Shown piece by piece: positions 11,005 through 23,794 of a DNA stretch of 64,000 nucleotides. Below the pieces are notes generated by a model. It had not been told where the DNA came from and did not search any database. It saw nothing but the letters and a program-made list of their open reading frames with translations. This DNA is from Babesia bigemina (taxonomy: Eukaryota): assembly GCF_000981445.1 (NCBI RefSeq), contig NC_027216.1, forward strand, positions 1 to 64,000, in the 5' to 3' direction. Each line of letters opens with the position of its first letter. The first letter of the stretch is position 1. A program made the position numbers and the translations under genes.

Positions 11005-12543
11005 TTTGAAGCTACAATGGTAATTCTACGGAATTAAAATCATGTTTCTTTAAAAATTTGCATATGCAGGTCTTAAGACCACAACTGCCGCTTTGGGTCA
11101 GTAAATACTACGTTTGTTTTATTTTATATTTAAAAATTCATAATTAAAAAACTGGAATGCACTGTGCTCGATACGACTTGTCGGAAAGGCACGAATGCAA
11201 GCAGGCTATGGTACAGATGCGACTACGGCCTCCTGTATGAGGCACAAGTTCGCTTTTGCGAACCCGGTCGTTAGGTTTATTTCAGCGTCAATTTACTCGT
11301 ATAGGTAATACCTTTGGCTACGTTATCCTTCCCTGTCAGTTGGAAGGCTAACTGCTTGGTTGTGGTGCTTTGCATAAGGGAGATTCCGCCACGGGAATGA
11401 AATTTTGGGTTATTCTTAGTGCTCTATAAATTTATAGGAAATGGATAAGGCGGCTGTTATCGACATACGCCCCTTGGCGCCGTAAATACGTCCGTGTCGC
11501 TCGGTTCGTCTCGCAGCGGGACGTGATAACTCAGTGATACGCTCGTATGCGGTCACTTTTACGCGAATGTTTATACTATTGTCTACATGTACATGTGTAA
11601 ACGTCTGAGTTTGGTGTTGTGTAGGTTCCGCCGTCGCTCTGACTGTCGCCGTGTCTTGTGTCGGGAATAGTGCTTTGACGCAGGAGCACCTTTGTACAGT
11701 GGCGACAAGTTGCAGCGCTGAGTTTGCCACTATGAGTTACGTGTGCGGTCGGCGACAGTGAATGGTTTCCATCGTCACAATTATGGACCCAATCCCAGCG
11801 CTCAGCACAGCACTTGCCTGCGCCTTCTGTGCATCAAACGAACACCGAATTGGCTGCTTCTCGTGTTAATTTTGTCGCAGAACGCGGTAATACTGGTGGT
11901 AGTGTTCTATGCGGTGCCGCTCTATACATTACCGAGTTTGCAGTCATTCACTTTTTCAACCTTGGGCAAACGGAATCCGCGCCTTCTAGCGCAGCTTAAG
12001 CGGCCTATAATACAGATAAATATTGTTTACACGTATTTCGACATCGATTTGCGGCCGTATTTTCCGCATATATTCGGGCTGACGACTTGCGCCGGTGTAT
12101 ATAGCATTCCACTTCACTGTCTTCCACATATAATCATCCTCACTTTGGTAACGTTATACACAAGTGCATGATGCAGCGGCTACCACGTTCACATCTATCG
12201 ATTGTGACCTTCTGAATGAGTTGTTTGCTGCCGTCGCGCGGGTGTATGTGGCTTAGCGACGGCGAAAATAGTGGTAATGTGTAGTGATTCCACACAAAAT
12301 TCGTCATCTCAATTAATACATGTAGTGTGTGGCTGAGGATTGGCCGTGATGCCTACGTAGGAACACCTTCTACCAAGATTGTCTTCAGCCGTTCAACAGG
12401 ATGTTGTCGCACATATATTAGGCTGATAATGCTGAGCGGAATGCGCGCCGATGTATAATTCATAAGCCGATCAAAGCAGTATCTAGTCTTTATTCATACT
12501 AGATAGCTATCGGTAGGTCAGGTGAGTGTCGCATCTCTGAAGG

Positions 12544-15500
12544 ATGAGTTCTGCGGCTCGTCTCGCATACGCCACGCTGGCCGAGGCCACGTCGGCGGAC
12601 GCAGTGCTATATGGCAGCTTTCGTTATCCGGGTACCGATGACGTGGTCATTGTGCAGGGCCGCCGCCTCGTGCTCTACACGCTGCTCGCCGCGGCCGATG
12701 ACGCCTTCCTGCCGCAGGATCGTTACGAACCGCCAAGCCGTATGTTGAGCTGCAAAGAAGACGCGATTAAGAAGTTCGGTCGCCACTTTGTGTCGGAATC
12801 ATTGCGTTTTGTCGCGGAGACGACATTGCTGGACGCCCCTGTCGCTACTCGTGTTCTGCATGATTGCGTCCTTCACAGCTACCGTCGCGTGTCGCCGCCC
12901 GTTGAAGCGCAACCTCCAAGTGATGCTGAGTTAGACAGTGCCTTGCCATCAACCAGCCTAGAAGACGCGTCGGCGTCACCGGATTGTGCCAAGTGTGAGT
13001 CGGACGCAGCCGACCCTGAGTCGGAGTCTTCATCCCAAGCCGCTCCCAGAAATGATGGGCACATTAAAGCACATACACGCGACGAATTCCACGCCACTAG
13101 CGCGTTACTGCTGACTTTTCAACACGGGCGTTTGCTGACTTGCGCCTTCAACGTGGTGCAGAACACCTTTGTCACCCTGTCCATGCATGCTCTCGACCGT
13201 CGCGTGGACCTGAAAGACGAGGTGTATTACACATCGCTACCCATTCGCAAGAAGCTACGGACAGTATCAGTGACCGAGTCGCACGTTTCCGTATGCGAGG
13301 CAGACGGTTGGCGTCTTATGTCCCGGCGCACTGTGTCGAAGCAGAGCTTCGCCGTTTATGGCCGTCGTTTCTTGATCGCCATGTGCTTCAACGAACGAAT
13401 TGTGCAGCTAATGCCCATTGTTTTTGAGTTCGCGTGGAGCGTATCTGCGACGTCACACTGCTACCAGCCGTTCGCCGAGCATCAGGACTCCATGTTGAGG
13501 CCGGGTGATGCCGACCAGCACAGCGTCAGTCTAGTGCCGTGGATACGGGCGGAGAACTTGGTCGGCTTTGATGTGGATACTAAGCTCGGTTTTTGCGACG
13601 ATCGGTACTTTGTGCGCGGTTTGGACTTGGTATCTCACCACGGTCGCTGCATTCTGGGATTGCTAATAGCGACCAAGCCGGAGATCGTGGGTGCACACGT
13701 GATAGAAGGTGACGATTACGCCATCGGCGGAATGAGCTACGTGGGTATATCGGTGACTTGCAAATCTGGTTTTTGCAGCGTGGTTCAGCGGTTAGACGGC
13801 CTACCTATGCATACGTTCGAGATTAAGGGCGTGCCCGCTAGCGTTTACGGCACGTCCGGTTTTATGTTCCGTTCTCTGGACTTTTTGATGTGGGTGACCG
13901 CCATGTCACCCACCTTCTGCTGGCAGTTTGTGTCGCCGGCGGGACTGCTCAACACGGGTTTTGAGGCCGAGTGCAGGGATAGGCAATTCTCACGATTCCT
14001 AGACGCCATGTATCTGAATGTAGACATGAGCGAATACCATCTTGGCTTCGCTGGGAGTTCCTTCGTGTTGGTTCCTCGTCGATGCGGTAAGGCGTACATC
14101 GGTCGTCCTGTCTGTGGCTACGAAGGCGCCTTGTGTGATATATTCTGGACCAAATTGGGAGAAATTGACACTGAGGTCTCAGCGACTGCTTTAGCTAGGC
14201 TCGGGGAAAGCATGGAACTCCTGGCAAGTGGCAGCGGTGTAGATCTTGCCCGCTACAGTTTGAATTACCCCGCTACATTTTTGGAGTTCGAACTGGAGAA
14301 CGAAAGCTTCGAGAGAAGCTGTTACCCCTTCGAGGTGGACATCGTCGAAATTCCCACGAGAGTTGTGTTCACCAAAACACGCATGCGCGAGGCATTCGAT
14401 TCAGCCATAGGGGAAGCATCGCTCGAGTTGCAAGATTCCGTGGCGAATTGCGGTGCAGTGCGCGACCCCAAGAACGTCACCCTACCGGAATTATGGCAGA
14501 TTGGATGCCTTCGGCTCCCCAAAGCGGGCAAGAGCGTTGAGGAAATACCGATTAATGAGCGTGTGATTCCGAAGTTTAAGCCACAGCGCCGACCCTACGC
14601 AGCAAACTGCCGGCAGATCACAGAGATTGGGACGGTTGACTACGTGTGGCCCAAGCAGCAGTCGCTTGTGGGACTGTGCGACGACAGCAAGCTAGTGGTG
14701 CTCATGGAGAAATACCCTCTGCACAGCGTCATATCCGTCCCGGTTCAGAGCGGATCAACGCTAATCCCGCTGGAATATACCAGACCACAATGTCCACAGG
14801 ATGACGCTGCGCAGTCCGAACATTCCCGTGACACCCGGCTACTGCTCACCTGGCAAAGCGGCACGTGTACGGTAGATCTAAACGCAGATAGATTCGCCAT
14901 CCGGTCCAACGGCTCGCTGGATCGCCGCCAAGTGATGCACCACAAATCTGCATCTGAACCTGCGCAACTGCCGATATCGACGGATGAACGCACACTGTGC
15001 TACGGCACGGTCCTTGGTAACAGGTTCGCTGTGCAGATAACCCCTACAAAGGCGGTTTTCATCGATCTTTGCGGTTACACCCAAGTATGTTCGAAGGCCT
15101 TGACCAAGTTTGAAGAGCCCGAATCAAATGTATGGGCGGCTGAGGTGGCGGACAATGTCGTGGCATGCCTATTCAGAAGCGGTAATGCTGCGCTGTTGAG
15201 CGTGTCGGAAGAGTCCGGAGTGCCAACTTTGAGCGTCACAAGGAGGATCTCCGGGGGTGTCGTGCAGCATATAAGCCTGTATCGGCCGAGACGCGTGAAC
15301 AGCACCTTCGGCGAGCTCTGTTTGTTGGTGTTCACCACGATGGGAACGTTATTCTGTTATCGCATGGACACTTTTGAGCGCATCTTCGCTTTTAGGGGTA
15401 TTACTCAAGTGTTCCCGCGCCTGTTCTCCGACAGTTCCGAAGAGTTGGAAATAACTGCAGTCACTGTAGAGGAAATCGAAGAATCGACACCCACAGTCAC

Positions 15501-18440
15501 CAAGGCAGGACGGCGCCGTGTAGGTAAACGCACGCGGGCAACTTTGGCCGCCGACACACTTGACGAGGACACCTCCCCTGCGACCAGGCCAAAAACAAGA
15601 GCCAAGGTCACAGCTACCAGGTCTAAATCAAGGAAAGTACGCCAAGAGCCATTAGAGTCCACTGAAGTATCTGCATCGGAGCCGGATCAGCCATGCGCTA
15701 CCGATATTTTTGATGACATCACCCATCTGCCCTTCGCTGACAGCCTTAACTCCGCTATTGAGCGCTGGAACAAGTCGCGGCAGTATGAGGGAACGCTGGA
15801 ATATGTGATATCTATACGCATGGTGGACATAGCGCCCACAGATTTGGGCCCCACCCTGTTGGTGCTCATGACGGGGCGCCCTCTGCTCGTGTACAGATCG
15901 TATTTGGTGTCAGGCACTGACTACGTATTCGAGCTGTTCCCCCACCGTTTTGTAAACCCCATTCCAAGTGCTTACGTTGACATGAATAGCGCGTCTTCCC
16001 CCAACCAGCGACTCTTCATGCAATTAAATCGTGAGCACAATGTGGGCGGCTTCTGCATCAGCGATCCGCTTCTGGGACGCCGCAAAATCGACGACCTCGA
16101 CAAATCGGACTTGAATTACGTCACTGTTTCGTACCCTCAAATCTCGGCGGATGACGTGTTCTACTATTCCGTGTGCGCCGAGAGTACCGAGTTAAGCTCC
16201 TCCGCCAAACCGCTATCGAAATCGCAACTAACATCGAGCAGTGAGTTAAGTAGCGCAGTTGAAACGCTGACTAAGCGTTGGAAAAGCTTCCGGCCACCGT
16301 GTTTGCGTCTTACGTCGATATGTAATCGGTTACGAATTCACGAGTACGAGGTCGAGAATGCGCTTGACATGGATACTGTTATTGGTGAAGCCGAATCGCG
16401 CGTAACGTCTCTGTACAGCATTGTTACTGGAGAGGACGAATATTCTCGCTGTGTGGTGTTCCTCACCCATCCTGGCACCCTCGTGTTGTGTGTCCCCGGC
16501 ATGCTGCATCAGGAAACCAGCATAAACGGCCACGTTGGGTTGCAGGAGCTAGTGGCAGGCTCCGATGAGGCCGAGCACCTGACGTCGAAGCGCCCATCGG
16601 CGACGACGTGGAACCCACTGCTGTGCAGGCTCGAATTCGAAGACTCGCGTAGTGTACGCGCCAACCTTTTCTGCCGCCGTCTGCGGGAAAACGCCGGAGG
16701 CATCGTGTTCAGCGGCGACCTGCTTTCGCACATGTTACCTCTGGGTAGCCTGCGCGGCACTTTGACGGCTGTATCTCATAGGAATTACTACCTTTCCAAT
16801 GGCATGATCAGGGCCAATCGTAACGCCACCATCGCGACACTACCACCCGTCGGCGATATTCACCCGGTCTATTGCGGGAAGTTGGTGGCGATAGTGGTGC
16901 GCACGGCAGTGGATGCGAAGGAAGAGCTTACAGGGGTGCTAAACGATCGCATTAACCTGCAGTTGCGTCAACTGGAGTCGGAGACGTTGCCACCAGGCAC
17001 GAAGCCCATCGAGATCATCGAGCCGAACAAGCAGATCTGCACCCTTCTTCAAACAATGGACCTGCTGCCCGAAGACATGACTCTTTCTCAGCCCGTGTGG
17101 CGCGACATGGTTGTGGTGCTCCACATGGGCGATTTGCAGCACTGGTATGCGGAGTACCGTGCAGAGCCCATGGAATCCATTCTGTCTGTGTCCTTCGGCA
17201 TAATCGGCAATCGGGAGTACCTGTTGGTTGGCACGTGCACTAACCTGGGCGAGAATGTTGAGTCCAAGGGTGACGTGATTGTGATCGACCTGCAGCCGCT
17301 TTACCAACGCCAGCCTTGTAAGGATGATGGTGCCGCCTCCGAAGGTATAAAAGCCATAAGGAGGTCGGGCAATTGCGCCACTCTCACTCAGTACTGCAAG
17401 CGCATTTTCCCGGGTGCAGTGTCGTTCCTGTCGTCGCTGAATACGGACTTCGACCTGATTTTCCGCCCGAACTTCAACTTCCTAGAAGACCTCGAGAACA
17501 TCGAAAAATTCGACAATGCCATGATTTACGGCAACGAGGACAGTAGCCGATGGACGCTGTCCCACTTCATGCCCAACTACGGCTTGTTTGTGCACTCCGT
17601 TGGTTCGCGGCTGTTCGTCCACGAGGTGTCCGGCAAGCAGTTCCTGCGTGGCGCCTTTGCCGAGGTGCCGCTGTGCGTCTCTACGGCCTGCGTGTTCGAC
17701 AAGTGCATCGTTGTTGGCGATCTGAACCGCGGCCTCCACTTCTTCATGTACCGTCACGACGCGGTGAACGACTCCCGAACGTTGTGCAAGATTGCCGCCA
17801 CCGTGCAAAAGGTTGACCTGACTGTGGTGGCTTGTGCGCCGCTTGTTAACATGGACGCGCTGGGACTGATGGCGAGCGATTATTACGCCAACCTGTTGCT
17901 GTTTAAAAGCCAGAGCGAGCGCAACGGCCGCGAGACCCTGGTGGTCACAGCAGCTCTACGCCTACCAACTCGCGTGACCCACTTCGTTCGTCGCGAGCCG
18001 GATTTCCGGCACTGTACTGTGCCGTCTGCAGCAGTAAGTTGCCCGTGCAAGCACTCCAATACTGTTCAGCTTGGTTTTTGCGCCGACGGCAGCGTGCTGC
18101 TGACCTTCATGCCCGAGTCGGCAGTGTTCGATTTCTTCAAGAACGTGCAAACCGCGATGGATGCCAGCGTGGTGCCGCCGCTGGGTGTTAACCGGTGCTC
18201 CACCCCGTTCTTCACATCGCAGATGTCTCAGACTCAGGCCGTGTGGCCTGGGGACGAGGCCTTGCTGCATTTGGACGCTCTGAGGTAAGTTTTGGTTCGA
18301 CAATACTGACGTTCTGCAGGACTTTGCCCTTCCAGACCGAGTCATATCTGTCAAGCCTCTGCCGCAAGATTTCGGAGAACAGCTCGCTGCCGTCGTACCA
18401 GCTGCTGCACGCGTTGTACGGCGGCCTGCTATCGGTGTAA
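12544..18440 (+). CDS. CPSF1: Cleavage and polyadenylation specificity factor subunit 1 (CPSF160)-like beta-propeller protein; introns 18034-18069 and 18285-18319
   Basis: ~1950 aa. CPSF_A-type C-terminus (YLLVGTCTNLGENVESKGDV, IVVGDLNRGLHF, ASDYYANL). Both introns are GTAAGT...CAG; the last exon reads RTLPFQTESY...GLLSV*. Confidence 0.75.
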
Positions 18441-18531
18441 CATAGTGCGACGTCAATGTTATGGAATGTTTCTAATTCAGAACGTTTGCCTGGCGCGCCA
18501 CGTGCCGTTCACTCGCCGGCAGCAGCGGTGC

Positions 18532-19973
18532 TCACATAAAGTTGTCGTCGTCGTCTTCGATCTGGTCGTCGTAGTACTCCGCCATGTCCATCTTGTACCT
18601 AAGGAAGCCTCCGATTCCTCCGAACCCCATGTGGAACTGCGCACCCTCCTGCGACTTGTTGCTGACAAAGTGCAACGCCGCGCCGTAGTTGGAGTAGTTC
18701 TCCACGATCCACTCCGTGAGGGGCTTGCGCTCTACGGTCTCCAGGTCCACGTTGTTCTTGGTGTCCTTGAAGTGCTCGTCTCTGCGCTCCTGGTCGTTCG
18801 TGAGGAACAGCACGGTTTCCTCGCCCGTCTGGGGGTGCTTGAGGACGACGCGCATGACCTCGAGCGCCTCGTACACGATGAGCGTCTCGACGGTGCCGTT
18901 CTCCAGTGCGTTGACGGTCTCCTTGGCGCCGAATACGTACTTGCCAGTGTCCTGCGAGATCTCCTCGAAGAAGCGCATGATAAGTTTCTTCTCCTGTATG
19001 AACTTCACGTTGCTGAGGCACTCGGCGGAAAGCTCGATGGCCTGCTGGAAGCCGTTCTCGCCTCCGTACGACACGTCTACGATCTTGATCACCTTCGCCG
19101 ACAGGCGCGGGTCGAACATGTCGGAGCCCATAAGGTCGTTTTTGAAGTCGGCGCTACCGGCCAGGATGAGCCCCGTGACGTTGACCTTGTCGTTGGTGAT
19201 GAACATGAGCACGGCATTTTCTGCGACCTTGCGCACGTAGTTATGCCTACGCTCCATACGCAGCCGCGCGAAACGCAGCGCGGACTGACCACCCCTGCCG
19301 TGCTTCTTCGGCAGGTCGACGGTGAACGTGTGCAGGATCTCCTTGGATGAGCCCTGCAGCGTGCCGTAGAGCGCCCCGTTACCGTCCATGATGATGAAGC
19401 CGAACTTGTCGTCCGACTCCAACAGCTCCTTCAGCGCCTCGACGTGGAACTTGTTGTCACAGAGGTATAGCGAGGTGTTGATGGGCTTGAACGGCTCGAA
19501 GTCCAGGGAGACCCTTTTTTCCTTGCCGTCGTCCGTGATGACGGTCCCGCAGTATAGCACAAGGCCGTTGGGTGGCGTGCGATTGTACAGCTTGAGCTCT
19601 GCCAACGGTGACTGCCGCGCGACCCCAACTTACTCTGCTGCGTGGAGGTGATGGCGCCGAGCACAGAGAGACGGTTGACACGCGACTTGATGTTAGACGC
19701 GGTACCGTACTCGTCTGCCAACATCTTCGTGATCCTAGGAATTTCATCCTTGGGCCTGATGATGAGGCTGATCATGCTCGTTCCATTTCTGCGCAATCAT
19801 GAGTTGAGCGTAAACGAATGGAAGTGCGGGATTCTACACCGGTGCAGACGAGTCGCCTCGCCGTTACCCGCCGGGCGTGCCGTATGCGCGCAGACTAACC
19901 CTTTGGCCGCCTCCAACGAGCGTATGAGCTGCTTGATTTTCCACTGCTCGATATTTTTGTCGGACTCCGCCAT
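18532..19973 (-). CDS. ERF1: Eukaryotic peptide chain release factor 1; introns 19789-19899 and 19599-19633
   Basis: [14 protein letters not shown] start, TASNIKS, YLCDNKF and GRGGQS motifs. Both GT-AG introns restore the frame. Confidence 0.97.
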
Positions 19974-20584
19974 TTTTTGCCTCGTCAACCCTGCGATGTC
20001 AGTTCGCCGAAGCTTTTCAGTGGCGAGAGGTAGGTTCGCCCGTGTCTTTTATTATGAGAGACTGCGCCACACGGCGGTCGAGTTTATTTTCAAGGGGGCG
20101 CCTTTGCAGAGGCCGCGCGCGTCTAACCACACATCCGTACGGCATCCCGCGGTAAATACGGCGGATCGCGAGCAACTATTGTACCCAAAGCAATCAAAAC
20201 ACGTGTGGAAGGAGTTGTGGCAGTAGATTCGTGCGTAAAACGGTGCCGATTGCGCGATTGTGGAACATCGGCACACCACGTCAGAGCAGTGACGACGCGG
20301 CGTGGCGTAATATCGCAATTCTCAAAGATTATTATCTGACGACATCAGAGGGTGCTGTTGGAGTGTCATAATTGTGGAATCCAGGCTAAAAGTGCCATAT
20401 TCCGCAGCAAGACAGCCCTCACTGGGATTGGTCGCAGCATGTGCTACGGTCGCTCGAGTTCGGGCCTCAGGTATCGCTTCTGGCTTCTATAGGGGTCTGC
20501 AGCGCCTTATTCGCACGTGATGTGGCGGAAGGCGCCCGGCAGTGTAAGATCAGATGAGTATGGGATGGCCTGCGCGCTGATACA

Positions 20585-20923
20585 ATGATTCCCATACGCC
20601 CTCTAGCACGCGTACTCACCCAAGTGCTCTGGATCGCGGGTGGCAGCGTCGTGAAGGCAACCCTGCGAGCTTACCGCGAGTCAGTGGCCAACGGAGCTGT
20701 GGCGGGTACGTCCATTCTGCGGCGGCAGATGTCACCGGACGAGGCGGCCAAGATTCTCGGCCTGCCGTCCACCGCTCACCTTCCCCTGGCCGAGATAGAG
20801 AAGGCACACCAGAGGCTGCGCAACATAAACATGGCGTCAAGCACGTTCCAAGGGTCGCCGTACCTGGTCGAACGCATCGATGCTGCGCAGCATGTGCTGA
20901 AGGAGCACCTCGGTAAACCGTGA
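20585..20923 (+). CDS. PAM16: Mitochondrial import motor J-like protein Pam16/Tim16
   Basis: 112 aa: N-terminal hydrophobic segment, MSPDEAAKILGL, GSPYL, and no HPD motif. Confidence 0.8.
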   Translation: MIPIRPLARVLTQVLWIAGGSVVKATLRAYRESVANGAVAGTSILRRQMSPDEAAKILGLPSTAHLPLAEIEKAHQRLRNINMASSTFQGSPYLVERIDAAQHVLKEHLGKP

Positions 20924-20933
20924 CTGGCGGGGG

Positions 20934-23627
20934 ATGGCTGGGACGCTGTGCAGCAAGTCCGCAGTATGGAGGCTACTGCATGTAGTTGCGCCGAGGAAAC
21001 CGCACATGGCCAATGGGATAGTGCGACGTGTTGTTGCCGAGAAAATCGGGGGAGGGAACCCCCTCTTGCCGCTGCTGAGGGTCACGTGGGACCCGGCCGG
21101 TTTCCAGCAAGCAGGCGAATGCCCGCCAGGATCGTCTGCCGTACGGCACGACGACGAAACGGTTAAATACGCAGCAGTTGCGCTGTCCCACTTGTCTAAG
21201 AGCGGGTTTGTGACCGTCAGCGTGCACCTCCACCGGCTGCTGGACATCCTCACAAACTCAAGAGATGCTCTGAATCGTTGTGATGCGCGAATCCTTCTGG
21301 GGGTGATGGAGGCTTGCGACCGCATAAATCGTGCGTGTTACCCGGTTACGAGGCGCCTTGGTGACGCCGCCACCACAGAAATCGTGACTGCAGTCAAGGG
21401 GAACGCGCGAAAGTGCGCCCTCTACATTTGTGAGCACGTGGGATCAACTTGCAAGGGCGAGATGCTGGCGAGATTCGCACCGGTTATGTGTCGTATGTCG
21501 ATTGTAAGCACCGATTTCACGAAACACCTTCTCAGGGAGATAAGGGAAGGTAGCAGCTTCCTTTCGTGCGATTCACTGATCGGTGCGTTGCGCTACGTTG
21601 CTAGCGCTTCAGGGGGTGACCACAGGGGCCTCACGGGCGCGGTGTACGCACTTCTAGACGCTCTTAGTGTGGCCGAATTGACGTGGGGCCGCAAATTGGA
21701 AGTCTTGGATTGCTTGGTGCAGCTGAAGGTGACACATTTCTACTTCGTGGATGTGGTGGTGTCGGCGCTTCTAGAATCGCGCGAGAAGGACGGAATGAGC
21801 ACAATGGGCATGGACACAGTATCTAGCAGCAACTTGTGTCACGTAATCGGGGCATTGTTGCAACTGGAGTCTGAGCACGTCGATACCGTAACGGAGGTGT
21901 TCGTATCCCGGTACGTTTGCCAGCAACGAAGTGGCTTCGAAAAGGAGGGGATTGTCCGCGACATACGGAAATGCAGCTTGACGGATCTGTTGAATCTGTT
22001 AAACGCAATAGTGGCAACGTGCCCTCACCTTGAAGGAGCGGCACGATCGTGGGCAGCCCATATAATCCAGGATCGTGTCCCTTGGTTGCTGACAAGAGCG
22101 TCATTGAGTGAGCTTGAGGAGCTGTTTCACGTCCTCAGCTGTGTGGATCCAGCGATTTACTCGCCCACACTCGCCCCATCAAGTGGGGCCGTTTGGCGTT
22201 ACGGAGCAGGGAGGGCCAATTTGACCAGTGTGGTTACAGCAAACGTCGGGCACCTTGGCGCGAGAGCGCTTGCCAAGGCTATCGTGTGCTATTCTGTGGC
22301 TGCAGAGGTCACGTCTTCCGGAGAAGCGATCCAGGAGATAGCTGCCTGCATCCCCAGGATGTGCTCAGAAGCGCTTGCCATGCTGTCACGGTCCTCCTTC
22401 ATTACGAAAGCCATGGCAGCGGAAATGGAAGCACCAGGTAGCGAAGATCAGAAGATGATCGTGTGTTCGCCTAAAGCGCCACCGGTGGCTGCAGGCAACA
22501 TGGACGCTATCACTGCAGACAGCCACTGCAGGTTCTTGTACGACCCCTCCGTGACCTCGAACTTCAAGTACCTGAAACGCGGTGATAACCGCGTAGAAGG
22601 TCGAAGCAAGGCTGCCAGCAAGCTGTATCGTACTGATGCCGCAGCTCGCAACCTATCAAGAGAGGTTGCCGCCCTCCCCAATCCCGATTGGCACAACGTG
22701 AGCATGGAAGGGCATGAAAAGAATGCGCTGGTGGAGGTCGAAGGAGGCGCATATGCACCTACAGCGCACGAACCGTATAGCTCCAGTGCGTCCGACGTGC
22801 TGAAGGTTCTGAGGGAGGTACACCGAAGTCTGTGCATCTACCACCACTTCGGCTGCGGGGAGCTGATAAATCCCTATGGTGGTGTGCCCCTCAAGGGGCT
22901 CGAGACGGTGAAACAATTTTTAATGGCACACAGCTACCTTGTGCCCGTGCTGTCTGCGAGATTTGACGCACTGGATTATCAGTATACCCTCTACGGCGTG
23001 GATGACGGGTCGTACAACCACCGGATTCTTAAGGCGACGCGGTCAACCGACAGTGCGTACGTGGACCCGCGGCTCATGTGCACCCCTGACACGCATACTG
23101 TACGCGAAGCGGAGTATGGTGGGGAGCAACGCCTGCGACTCCCCAGCGCTAAGCTTAGAAACGCGCGCATTGGCGTGGCAAACCCACCCCGCAGCGCCAT
23201 AAAGCTGAACTGGGACCATTTCGACACTTCTAAGGAAGCAGGTCGTGCAGAACACCCCAGGGAGCGTCGTAACGCAGCAGTTGCTCTGCATCAAGAAGCG
23301 GAGCGAGTGTCGCGTCTCGTGGACTATCGCCTGCACGGCCGACGTGATACCGTCGAGTACTACGACGATTCCGTCTCCAGGCGGTTTCGAGGCGGCTTCG
23401 CCTGCTGGCAAGATCCAGGCGATACCAATACGGCCGCCCATGTTTCGTGCACTGCAGACGGTATAAGCACGTCCCGGCTGCACAAGCAAGTGGAGCAGAC
23501 TGTCGCAGTGCTGTGTCCTCAGCACGTGAGGTCAGAAGCGGCTTGCGGGCCGTACCACGTGGACCTGCTGGTGGAGGTGGGGGGCGAGGAACACGGGAAC
23601 CAGGCCGCGCCCACAACCGTCCGGTGA
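20934..23627 (+). CDS. Helical-repeat protein with partial C-terminal RAP-like domain (putative organellar RNA-binding protein)
   Basis: 897-aa ORF, Leu-rich helical N-terminal half. C-terminal SRLHKQV...E...GPYHVDLLVEVGGEEH resembles the RAP core. The true start may be a downstream ATG. Confidence 0.55.
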   Translation: MAGTLCSKSAVWRLLHVVAPRKPHMANGIVRRVVAEKIGGGNPLLPLLRVTWDPAGFQQAGECPPGSSAVRHDDETVKYAAVALSHLSKSGFVTVSVHLHRLLDILTNSRDALNRCDARILLGVMEACDRINRACYPVTRRLGDAATTEIVTAVKGNARKCALYICEHVGSTCKGEMLARFAPVMCRMSIVSTDFTKHLLREIREGSSFLSCDSLIGALRYVASASGGDHRGLTGAVYALLDALSVAELTWGRKLEVLDCLVQLKVTHFYFVDVVVSALLESREKDGMSTMGMDTVSSSNLCHVIGALLQLESEHVDTVTEVFVSRYVCQQRSGFEKEGIVRDIRKCSLTDLLNLLNAIVATCPHLEGAARSWAAHIIQDRVPWLLTRASLSELEELFHVLSCVDPAIYSPTLAPSSGAVWRYGAGRANLTSVVTANVGHLGARALAKAIVCYSVAAEVTSSGEAIQEIAACIPRMCSEALAMLSRSSFITKAMAAEMEAPGSEDQKMIVCSPKAPPVAAGNMDAITADSHCRFLYDPSVTSNFKYLKRGDNRVEGRSKAASKLYRTDAAARNLSREVAALPNPDWHNVSMEGHEKNALVEVEGGAYAPTAHEPYSSSASDVLKVLREVHRSLCIYHHFGCGELINPYGGVPLKGLETVKQFLMAHSYLVPVLSARFDALDYQYTLYGVDDGSYNHRILKATRSTDSAYVDPRLMCTPDTHTVREAEYGGEQRLRLPSAKLRNARIGVANPPRSAIKLNWDHFDTSKEAGRAEHPRERRNAAVALHQEAERVSRLVDYRLHGRRDTVEYYDDSVSRRFRGGFACWQDPGDTNTAAHVSCTADGISTSRLHKQVEQTVAVLCPQHVRSEAACGPYHVDLLVEVGGEEHGNQAAPTTVR

Positions 23628-23794
23628 CGGCCAGCACGCCACCCAGCCGATACACACGGCACCTGTCGTAGACAGCATGCCTATCACCTCAAAAGGACAA
23701 AATGGCTTTCACAACATTACAGTAATGGTAGTTATCGCATATGATTAGGGTGCGTGCACCATGGGTGATCCGATGCGTACATGGCAGGTGCAGC

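Noticed and set aside
18445..19350. Long antisense ORF over eRF1
   Set aside because: Shadow ORF caused by high GC3 codon bias.
19789..19899. Unusually long eRF1 intron (and RPS2 intron 63582-63703) as snoRNA hosts
   Set aside because: No convincing paired C/D boxes or H/ACA architecture was seen.
20472..20562. Fragments resembling U2 snRNA (ATCGCTTCT, TAAGATCAG)
   Set aside because: The pieces are not contiguous, and there is no GTAGTA branch-pairing sequence or Sm site.
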